From contig CALVTI010000036.1 in NCBI GenBank assembly GCA_944361835.1, forward strand, positions 1-33,899: a stretch of 33,899 bases of DNA, in the 5' to 3' direction. Both the position numbers and the translations under genes were made by a program. The stretch's first letter is position 1. Every line of letters starts with the position of its first letter. The stretch is from an uncultured Clostridia bacterium. Its GTDB lineage: Bacteria; Bacillota; Clostridia; Christensenellales; UBA1242. The notes below the pieces were generated by a model. It worked only from the letters and a program-made list of their open reading frames with translations. It made no database searches and was not told the DNA's origin. Of the stretch, positions 24,300 to 30,793 are shown piece by piece.

Positions 24300-24355
24300 T
24301 TAAAGCACAATATATTGTGTATACATAATTTTTAGGTGCATTTTAGGTGCATTTA

Positions 24356-25507
24356 CTAAGAAGCAGAGGCATTTTTTTGTAGAATTTCGAGTATTAAATC
24401 GTCCTCTTTAGGCATCATATGGGCGTATGTATTTAGTGTCTGCTCTATGTTGGAATGTCCCAATCTTTTAGCTACTGCCACTATAGAGGCCCCTTGGCTA
24501 ATCAAAAGACTGGCATGTGAGTGCCTAAAGTCATGTATCCTTATCTTTTTAACCCCTGATTCTTTGCATGCTTTTTCTTGAACTCTTTGAATGTTAGAAT
24601 CTGCCAATGGTTTATCATTAGCAAAGACGAGTTTGAAATCTTCTCTGCCACATTTATATTTTGACATTACATCAACTAAGATTTTAGGCAATCCTATATC
24701 CCTTACAGATGCCTGGTTTTTAGGTGAGGTGATGGCCCAAGATGCTCCAAAGACTTTTTTGGTAACCGAGCTTTTTATACTAAGCCGGCCGTTTTTTAAA
24801 TCCCAATCATTCCAAGTTGTCGCTAAAATTTCGCCCTTTCTTGCCCCTGTGTAATACAAGGCGTAAAAGAATGCTCGATACATCTCATTATCAACTTTTG
24901 CGATAAAAGCATTGAACTCCGCAGGAGTCCAGAAGAGCATTTCTTTTTTAGCTTCATTTCTTCTAAAGCCATCCACCTTCTTGAGGTTATTAGGAATGTT
25001 GTAGTATTTGTCTGCGTAATTGAGAATAGACCATAGATAGCCCCTTAATGTAGTTTTATGCTTGTATGAAAAGTGTTCAAGGCTTCTTTGCCAGTTCAGT
25101 ATAATTTTAGGGGTTATATCTTGCACATAATATTCGTTGAAGTGGGGAAGTATGTGCTTGTTAAATTTAGAATACATATCATAAAAACTACTTTCTTTAA
25201 TTCTAGATTTTGTGTAGTCTTTATATTCCTCAAAGAGTTTGTCAAAACTTAATTTTTCGTCTGCTGAAATTGGTTCATGCAATTTAATTTCGTTTATAAA
25301 CTTAATATATCCGTCTTGCGCTTCTTTTTTGGTTTGGTATCCAGTAAGGCGCTTATTTTTTTCTTTGCGGTTTTCAGTATAGCGAAATCGCACAGTCCAT
25401 GACTTATTTAAAGAGCTAGACCCGCACTTGACACATTGGTTTTTCTCATTTACGCTTACGTTCTTTTTGCAATTCTTACAGTAAAATAGTTGTTTATAGC
25501 TTGCCAT
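24356..25507 (-). CDS. int: Tyrosine recombinase / phage integrase with an N-terminal zinc ribbon
   Basis: The C-terminal HDFRHSHASLLISQGASIVAVAKRLGHSNIEQTLNTYAHM carries the R/HxxR/Y signature. The arm-binding-like segment WTVRFRY...GYQTKKEA is present. CKNC...CVKC lies at the N-terminus. Confidence 0.92.
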   Translation of the reverse strand: MASYKQLFYCKNCKKNVSVNEKNQCVKCGSSSLNKSWTVRFRYTENRKEKNKRLTGYQTKKEAQDGYIKFINEIKLHEPISADEKLSFDKLFEEYKDYTKSRIKESSFYDMYSKFNKHILPHFNEYYVQDITPKIILNWQRSLEHFSYKHKTTLRGYLWSILNYADKYYNIPNNLKKVDGFRRNEAKKEMLFWTPAEFNAFIAKVDNEMYRAFFYALYYTGARKGEILATTWNDWDLKNGRLSIKSSVTKKVFGASWAITSPKNQASVRDIGLPKILVDVMSKYKCGREDFKLVFANDKPLADSNIQRVQEKACKESGVKKIRIHDFRHSHASLLISQGASIVAVAKRLGHSNIEQTLNTYAHMMPKEDDLILEILQKNASAS

Positions 25508-25531
25508 GTCTTATTCCTTTTTCATAACTTT

Positions 25532-26158
25532 TCAATAGCTTCTTCTAACTTCTTTAACAATGCCCAAGATGGTTACGGGGAGCTCTGCCACCTCTTTGTT
25601 GGAAAAGAACCTGGGTTCATAGGCGGGGTTGAGGGGTTGAAGTGTAATACCGTTTTGTTGCTTTATGACTTTCTTAAACGAGCACTCGGTGCAATTTATA
25701 GACACAGCGCAATAATCGCCATTTTCGCAGTCCGGTTGCTGTCTAAGAATTAGGATATCTCCGTCTTCGAACTTCGGCATCATAGATTCGCCCTTTACCC
25801 TAAGACAAAAATAAGTTTGTCCACCTTTAATCCAGTCGACCGGAATTTCTTCTTCATCCTCGATATATGAGTCTTCTATCATTTCGATTGGGACTCCGGC
25901 GGGAATGGTTCCGTAAACAGGGACTTTGACAACATTTCTATCGAGCTTCATACCCTTGACGTTATTATCGACATCTCTTCCCATTAAGTAATCGATAGAG
26001 ACATTGAAAAACGAAGCTAATTGAACAAGCGTCTGGATATCTGGAATTGCTTTATCCTGTTCCCATTTACTAACGGTTGATTGGTCAACATTCATTCTCT
26101 TTGAGAATTCTATTTGGGTTAGACCTTTTGAAATTCTAAGCTCCTTAAATCTATTCAT
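25532..26158 (-). CDS. CI-type repressor: XRE HTH plus LexA-like S24 autopeptidase domain
   Basis: The HTH is LTQIEFSKRMNVDQSTVSKWEQ. S24 motifs are IPAGVP, KGESMMP and a Lys in SFKKV. The start is taken at M16 of the track ORF (ATG at 26158) after GAGGTGG. The upstream part of the track ORF overlaps the promoter. Confidence 0.85.
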   Translation of the reverse strand: MNRFKELRISKGLTQIEFSKRMNVDQSTVSKWEQDKAIPDIQTLVQLASFFNVSIDYLMGRDVDNNVKGMKLDRNVVKVPVYGTIPAGVPIEMIEDSYIEDEEEIPVDWIKGGQTYFCLRVKGESMMPKFEDGDILILRQQPDCENGDYCAVSINCTECSFKKVIKQQNGITLQPLNPAYEPRFFSNKEVAELPVTILGIVKEVRRSY

Positions 26159-26174
26159 TTGCCACCTCATTAGC

Positions 26175-26203
26175 ATTATAGGCATAAAATTCATATTTTC
26201 CAA
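26175..26203 (-). promoter_or_regulatory. Candidate repressor-maintenance promoter
   Basis: On the minus strand: TTGGAA, a 17-nt spacer, then TATAAT. This would give a very short leader. Confidence 0.4.
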
Positions 26204-26233
26204 TATTTTTTTTAAAAAAGTTTGTAAATATGC

Positions 26234-26262
26234 TTGACATTCATATTTGCCTTTTCTATAAT
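26234..26262 (+). promoter_or_regulatory. Consensus early promoter (PR-like) overlapped by an inverted repeat
   Basis: TTGACA at 26234-26239, a 17-nt spacer, then TATAAT at 26257-26262. The inverted repeat TTCATATT 26240-26247 / AATATGAA 26260-26267 covers the spacer and the -10. A third half-site, TTCATATTT, lies at 26190-26198. Confidence 0.75.
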
Positions 26263-26295
26263 ATGAATGTAAATCATAAAAAAGGAGGTAATAAA

Positions 26296-26481
26296 ATGAA
26301 CTTGGAGAATATTCGCAAAGAGAAAAAAGTTACTCAAATTAAGTTGGCGCAAAGTTTAGATGTAGACCAGTCAACAGTGAGTAAATGGGAAAAAGGGCAT
26401 TCAGCACCTAGTGTACAAACACTTAAAAAAATTGCACAGCTACTAGACTGCACCGTGGACGAGTTAGTAAGAGAAGATTAA
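26296..26481 (+). CDS. Cro-like XRE-family HTH regulator
   Basis: ATG 26296 follows AAGGAGG. The product is 61 aa, with the HTH VTQIKLAQSLDVDQSTVSKWEKG. Confidence 0.8.
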   Translation: MNLENIRKEKKVTQIKLAQSLDVDQSTVSKWEKGHSAPSVQTLKKIAQLLDCTVDELVRED

Positions 26482-26497
26482 GTAAAAAGGAGTGTAT

Positions 26498-26728
26498 ATG
26501 GAAGATAAACAATTTTATGACTATATCGACATTATGAGGATATTTCAATGTGGAAGAGATAGAGCGTTTTCTATCATTAGAAGCGTGAAGTCGGTGTCTG
26601 ACATAGCGGGGCTTTCAGGGAAAGTGACAAAGACAGACTACATAGCTTGGTATAATGCCCCACTAGAGAATTACCACCACAAAACTCTAGTTACCAACGA
26701 TATACAATACAAAAAGGAGGAAAAATGA
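26498..26728 (+). CDS. Small DNA-binding protein, excisionase-like (HTH)
   Basis: ATG 26498 follows AAAGGAG. The segment YIDIMRIFQCGRDRAFSIIRSVK resembles Xis/HTH_17-type proteins. The position in the lysogeny module fits. Confidence 0.4.
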   Translation: MEDKQFYDYIDIMRIFQCGRDRAFSIIRSVKSVSDIAGLSGKVTKTDYIAWYNAPLENYHHKTLVTNDIQYKKEEK

Positions 26729-26781
26729 AAAAAGCACAAAGAAAAAGAGCTATTGCTTTAGATTTGACCGTCTTGCAATAA
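26725..26781 (+). CDS. Possible 18-aa basic micro-ORF (MKKAQRKRAIALDLTVLQ)
   Basis: AAGGAGG lies 5 nt upstream. The ATGA overlaps the upstream stop. It is not in the ORF track because it is too short. Confidence 0.25.
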   Translation: MKKAQRKRAIALDLTVLQ

Positions 26782-26792
26782 CTCTCCCAACC

Positions 26793-26836
26793 AAGTGCTA
26801 TAAGAAAAAATCACTTGTCTAAGTATTATAGCACTT
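26793..26836. repeat. 11-bp perfect inverted repeat (AAGTGCTATAA / TTATAGCACTT) with a 22-nt spacer
   Basis: The arms are at 26793-26803 and 26826-26836, in the intergenic region ahead of the early/replication operon. No T-run follows. Confidence 0.6.
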
Positions 26837-26882
26837 CAAAATATGTTTGACAAGTAAAATTTTAAAAATTTTAGGAGTGTAT

Positions 26883-27284
26883 ATGGAAAATTTAGTTACA
26901 AAAGTTTCAAAAATACTTGATGAGTTTGTGTGCAACAGGACACAGTTGAGATTGTATAAAAACGAGTTTAAACATTTTGCGTTTAATAAGGCTTGCCAGC
27001 TTCCGGTCGAAGTGGTGATGGAGAAATACATAGAGTACCAAAACAAAGAGTCAAAACTACTTTATGCTATGAGGCCTGTCGTTAAGGCGCTCAAGGCGAT
27101 TGATAGCGAAGAGAAAAAGCTTTTAGTGCTTTGCTATACAAAGGACGAGCCATTGGTAGTCCTGGCAGTTTCTCAAAACAAAAGCGTTAGAACTATGTCT
27201 TATGCCAGAGCAAAAGCTGCTAAAAATTTTTACAAGAATTATTGCTTAATATCAAAGGAACAAGAGGAGGAGCTATGCAGATGA
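26883..27284 (+). CDS. Small regulator with a sigma-region-4-like HTH
   Basis: ATG 26883 follows TAGGAG. The C-terminal EEKKLLVLCYTKDEPLVVLAVSQNKSVRTMSYARAKAAKNF resembles region 4. Confidence 0.4.
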   Translation: MENLVTKVSKILDEFVCNRTQLRLYKNEFKHFAFNKACQLPVEVVMEKYIEYQNKESKLLYAMRPVVKALKAIDSEEKKLLVLCYTKDEPLVVLAVSQNKSVRTMSYARAKAAKNFYKNYCLISKEQEEELCR

Positions 27285-27445
27285 AATACAAGATAGAATT
27301 TTATTCACCGCTTCTCAATAGGAGAGTGGTCAAAGTTGTAGAAAGACCATGTGAGTACCAAGACGCCATTATTTTACAGGTAATAAAGCCAATGCCGAAG
27401 ATAAACTTCTTTGGCCTTGGGAAGCGAGGTGACTTATGGGACTAA
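27275..27445 (+). CDS. Hypothetical small protein
   Basis: ATG 27275 follows GAGGAGGAG. The product is 56 aa. Confidence 0.45.
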   Translation: MQMKYKIEFYSPLLNRRVVKVVERPCEYQDAIILQVIKPMPKINFFGLGKRGDLWD

Positions 27446-27732
27446 CGTATAAAGAGTTGCTTGATTACTATTATGAGCCACCTAAAAATCTAGTCGAGGA
27501 GTTTTTCGTAAACAAATTTAAGAACATGACAAACAACTCGCCTGACGCAATGCCACTAATCAATGAGATAGTATTTGACTTCATGGACTGGAGCGAGGGA
27601 TATGAGACTCTGTTCATGTATTACGAAGATGAGCTTAAGGACTACTTTTACTCGATGGCAAGGGAAGAGCTTTTGTATAACCTCGATAGAGATGACCCTT
27701 GGTACAAAATCATTTTGGAAGAGATAGGTTAG
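27436..27732 (+). CDS. Highly acidic, aromatic-rich small protein
   Basis: 98 aa. By hand count there are about 22 D/E against 8 K/R. It lies directly upstream of the SSAP-exonuclease pair. Confidence 0.55.
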   Translation: MGLTYKELLDYYYEPPKNLVEEFFVNKFKNMTNNSPDAMPLINEIVFDFMDWSEGYETLFMYYEDELKDYFYSMAREELLYNLDRDDPWYKIILEEIG

Positions 27733-27740
27733 GAGGAAGT

Positions 27741-28382
27741 ATGTTGAAGAATTTTAAAGTGTTAAGCCAGATTGATGTTAAGACTACGCCAAAGCCAATG
27801 TTTAAGTTTAACGAGGCAAAGCGCAAGATGGAGAAAGCTGGAGAGATAGACACGATTTCGTGGGTAGATTGCCTCAAAGCGCTTTATGAAAATGGGGCCG
27901 AGAAGGTCATCTATGAAAACGTCCAAAACGAAAACGGTGGGCTTTTGTTTGAAGATGAGAATAAGTGTTTACATATCAGGGTGTTTGTAGAAATTGACGG
28001 CGATAGAAGAGAGATTTTCTACCCAGTAATAGATGGAACAAAAGACGTTTCAGCCGACAAGATTACACAGAGTGATATTTACAATGCTAAGCAAAGAGCT
28101 TTTGTTAAGTGCGTTGCTGTAAACTGGGGGCTTGGCTTAAAAGTATGGGAAAAAGACGACGCTGAGGAGAAGATAGAAAAGCCTAAGGACGACTTCAGTG
28201 TTTACACCACATTTAGAGAATTGGTAAACACGTCTGCTAAAAAGTTTGGAGGCGTGGCGGAAATGCTAGCCAAACTTGACAATGTGAAAGAGAAAGAAAT
28301 TAGAGAACTATTGGTGTCAGCCACGAAGATAGACACAATTTCAAAAGAGCTAAGAAAAATTTTGGGAGGCGAGCATGATTAG
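27741..28382 (+). CDS. Single-strand annealing protein, Rad52/Sak (DUF1071)-like
   Basis: ATG 27741 follows AGGAGG. The motif KQRAFVKCVAVNWGLGLKVWEKDD is typical of Sak/Rad52-like SSAPs. A YqaJ-like exonuclease gene follows. Confidence 0.65.
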   Translation: MLKNFKVLSQIDVKTTPKPMFKFNEAKRKMEKAGEIDTISWVDCLKALYENGAEKVIYENVQNENGGLLFEDENKCLHIRVFVEIDGDRREIFYPVIDGTKDVSADKITQSDIYNAKQRAFVKCVAVNWGLGLKVWEKDDAEEKIEKPKDDFSVYTTFRELVNTSAKKFGGVAEMLAKLDNVKEKEIRELLVSATKIDTISKELRKILGGEHD

Positions 28383-28965
28383 AAACAAAAACAGAGCATA
28401 TTGGTTTGGAGCAAGTGATACAGCCATCATCATGGGGGACTGGACAACTGAGAGCTTCAAGAACTGGTGGTTTATGAAACTAGGCTTTCATATCAAGCCA
28501 TACTCAACCTGGGCAATGGAGTGCGGAAACCTTTTAGAGGTGCCTATTATCCATGAAATAGAGAGGGTAGAGGGCAAGCATATAAAGCTTGGTAAAAGGC
28601 CATTCTACAACCCTTTCTTAAGGCTTAGATGCAACTATGACGGCTATACTCGAGACGAAGTGATAGAGATTAAGACGACCGAGAAAATGTTTAATAAAGT
28701 GCCTAAAAATTACTACGAACAGTGCCAAGTCTTGATGTTTAAGAAAAAGCTTTTAAGGTGTTCGTTGTATGCTTACAAGATGGACGAAGATGACTACAAA
28801 AACCCTTACTTTATCAATATCGACTACGGCAAGATTAAAAAATTTAACATTTTCTACGACTACAATTTTATACACAAGCAATACCTGCCTAGGCTTAGAT
28901 ATTTAGCAAAATGCTTGAGAGAGAAGAAATTTCCAGTTATCACGGAGGTTAAATTTGCTTGCTAA
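28375..28965 (+). CDS. YqaJ/lambda-Exo-like PD-(D/E)xK recombination exonuclease
   Basis: N-terminal WFGASDTAIIMG, then NYDGY...EVIEIKT (D...ExK) and YYEQCQVLM. Confidence 0.65.
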   Translation: MIRNKNRAYWFGASDTAIIMGDWTTESFKNWWFMKLGFHIKPYSTWAMECGNLLEVPIIHEIERVEGKHIKLGKRPFYNPFLRLRCNYDGYTRDEVIEIKTTEKMFNKVPKNYYEQCQVLMFKKKLLRCSLYAYKMDEDDYKNPYFINIDYGKIKKFNIFYDYNFIHKQYLPRLRYLAKCLREKKFPVITEVKFAC

Positions 28966-29521
28966 ATTAAGGGTAAAAAACCCGACTTTAAAGATAGATT
29001 TTGACGGAGGTTATGAGCTTGTCTTTCCCTTGTATCAAGAGGATAAAGTAAAGGCTCGAAACCTCTTCAATGCTATGAAGTTAAACAAAAAAGAACTAGA
29101 GATAAAAATAGACTATTTCAAAAAGGCCCGCTCAATAAAACAGAACGCTCTTATGTGGGACCTGCTTGATGAGTTTGCCAAATTCTTAAACGCAGGCAGG
29201 ACTGGAGGAATTACGCCAGAGACCCTCTACGCAAGAGCTTTAAAGAAGTATGGAGTTGCAGAGTTCGCGTTTATAAAAGAAGCGGCTCTAGAGGACTTTA
29301 AAGAGGCTTTTAAAGATGTTTTGGTGATTGATAAAGAAATCATTAAGGGAGAGCCATATTTTCACTGCAAATGCTATTTAGGGAGCTCAACTTACAACAC
29401 CGTCCAAATGAAAAATTTGATAGACGGGATATTAGATGAGATGGCTATGGCCGGGTGTGAGACTCCAGAGAAAATCGACTTGGAAAGAGAATGGAAAAGT
29501 CATATTGAGAAATTGCCTTAG
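28955..29521 (+). CDS. NinB/Orf-like recombination mediator
   Basis: TTG start 6 nt after GGAGG. It carries the RSIKQNALMWDLLDE motif (RSxxQNxxxW, characteristic of NinB). Confidence 0.55.
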   Translation: MLAKLRVKNPTLKIDFDGGYELVFPLYQEDKVKARNLFNAMKLNKKELEIKIDYFKKARSIKQNALMWDLLDEFAKFLNAGRTGGITPETLYARALKKYGVAEFAFIKEAALEDFKEAFKDVLVIDKEIIKGEPYFHCKCYLGSSTYNTVQMKNLIDGILDEMAMAGCETPEKIDLEREWKSHIEKLP

Positions 29522-29529
29522 AGGTGAAA

Positions 29530-30000
29530 ATGGTACTAATTGAAGATACAAGAAACCAGATAGGAAAACACAAAGCACTTAATGACCAACTCAGCAGTCT
29601 AGGCGTTGTGGTAGTTAGAAGCAAGCTATATGTGGGCGACTACGCAAGAATAGACGACCTCACGACTTGCATAGACACAAAAAAAGACTGGGTAGAGGTC
29701 GCAGGTAACATTTGCGGAAAACAACACGAAAGGTTCAGGGCAGAGTGCGTAAGGGCAAAAGAGGCGGGAATAAGGCTTGTAATTTTGGTAGAGGAAGAAG
29801 TCCCTATCGAACAATGGAAATCGCCCAGAAAGCGAAATGGTGGACTTATAAGCCACGTTTCGAACATAGTGCTTAGCAAGGCCATGAAAACCATGACAGA
29901 GAAGTACGGCGTAGCGTTTGTAAATTGCAACAAGAATGACACAGCAAAAACAATAATTGAATTGTTAGGAGGAAAAGATGGCAAGAAAAAGAATGATTGA
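29530..30000 (+). CDS. ERCC4-type (XPF/Mus81-like) nuclease, putative junction resolvase
   Basis: Motifs are LIEDTRNQ, LYVGDY and IDTKKDWVEVAGNI...R...Q. The start is ATG 29530, or alternatively GTG 29524. Confidence 0.55.
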   Translation: MVLIEDTRNQIGKHKALNDQLSSLGVVVVRSKLYVGDYARIDDLTTCIDTKKDWVEVAGNICGKQHERFRAECVRAKEAGIRLVILVEEEVPIEQWKSPRKRNGGLISHVSNIVLSKAMKTMTEKYGVAFVNCNKNDTAKTIIELLGGKDGKKKND

Positions 30001-30793
30001 CCCATCTATTTGGGAAAGTGAAGATTTTTCCAAATTATCATATCTTGGGAGACTTTTGTGGATAGGACTTTTTTCAAATGCTGACGATGAAGGTCGCGGA
30101 AAGGCAAACGTAGCCTATCTAAAATCTCACCTTTTTGCGTATGATGAAGAACTCTCTGTAAGTGATGTTGAAAAAGCTCTCAAGGAGATAGAGAGCGAAA
30201 TGTCTATTCGTTTCTATGAAGTAGACGGAAAACGCTTTTATCAGCTTACAAAATGGGACAAATTTCAAACCATAAACAAGCCTACACCAAGCCAAATTCC
30301 TGCTGAAAATGTGGATAAAATAGAGCAAGATTTGACAAGTGATGGAGAGGTAAATGACGACTACGGTAGTACTACGGTAGCGGTAAGTGAAGAGTGTGTT
30401 CCTAAAAAAGAAATAGAAATAGAAGAAGAAATTAAAGTAAAGAAAGAAAACTCTCTAACGAGAGTAAAAGAAAGCGAGCAGAGCTCACTTTCATCACCCG
30501 CCCCCAAAACAAAGCACAAATACGGAAAATTCAAGAATGTGCTTTTGACTGAAGACGAGTATAACCGCCTTGTAGCCAAAACTGATGGAAAAGAGGCGAT
30601 TGAGTACCTCAGCTTTCACAGGGAGATGAAGGGGTACAAATGCAAAAACGACAACCTTGCAATTCAAAAGTGGGTGTTTGACGCATTGAAAGAGGAGCGA
30701 CAGCGTAAGGCCAAGCTTCAAAGCGCTTCACCACCTGCTACTGTACAAAGTCAAAAGGTGTCAAATGAGGAGGCTATGACTTGGGGGAGATGA
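29978..30793 (+). CDS. Replisome organiser / replication initiator
   Basis: The N-terminal MIDPSIWESEDFSKLSYLGRLLWIGLFSNADDEGRG is typical of phage replisome-organiser N-domains. An acidic linker follows. The gene is followed by a DnaC-like loader. Confidence 0.55.
   Translation: MARKRMIDPSIWESEDFSKLSYLGRLLWIGLFSNADDEGRGKANVAYLKSHLFAYDEELSVSDVEKALKEIESEMSIRFYEVDGKRFYQLTKWDKFQTINKPTPSQIPAENVDKIEQDLTSDGEVNDDYGSTTVAVSEECVPKKEIEIEEEIKVKKENSLTRVKESEQSSLSSPAPKTKHKYGKFKNVLLTEDEYNRLVAKTDGKEAIEYLSFHREMKGYKCKNDNLAIQKWVFDALKEERQRKAKLQSASPPATVQSQKVSNEEAMTWGR

Larger units (their letters stand above)
24109..24351. other. attP-like region: arm-type repeats flanking a tRNA 3'-end core
   Basis: TTTTTAGGTACA/TTTTTAGGAACG at 24109-24132. 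10-mers GTAAATCCTA/GTAAATTTAG/CTAAATTTAG at 24161-24190, plus AATTTAG at 24203-24209. Core at 24244-24262. Palindrome CACAATATATTGTG at 24306-24319. TTTTTAGGTGCA/TTTTAGGTGCA at 24329-24351, abutting the end of int. Confidence 0.65.

Noticed and set aside
24109-24351. Short direct repeats as a possible CRISPR array
   Set aside because: The repeat units are only 10-12 bp and directly tandem, without spacers of 30-40 bp. They are interpreted as recombinase or accessory-factor sites.
24591-25753. + strand ORFs of 87 aa each, opposite the integrase and repressor genes
   Set aside because: They are antisense to genes with unambiguous catalytic or HTH motifs, and they have no RBS.
26159-26295. Track-predicted N-terminal extensions of the repressor (MENMNFMPIMLMRWQ) and of cro (MLDIHICLFYNMNVNHKKGGNK)
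   Set aside because: Both extensions overlap the divergent promoter and operator DNA. Proper RBS plus ATG starts exist at 26158 (-) and 26296 (+).
29626-30005. Minus-strand ORFs of 76 and 121 aa opposite the ERCC4-like nuclease gene
   Set aside because: These are antisense shadows of a motif-supported + strand gene.
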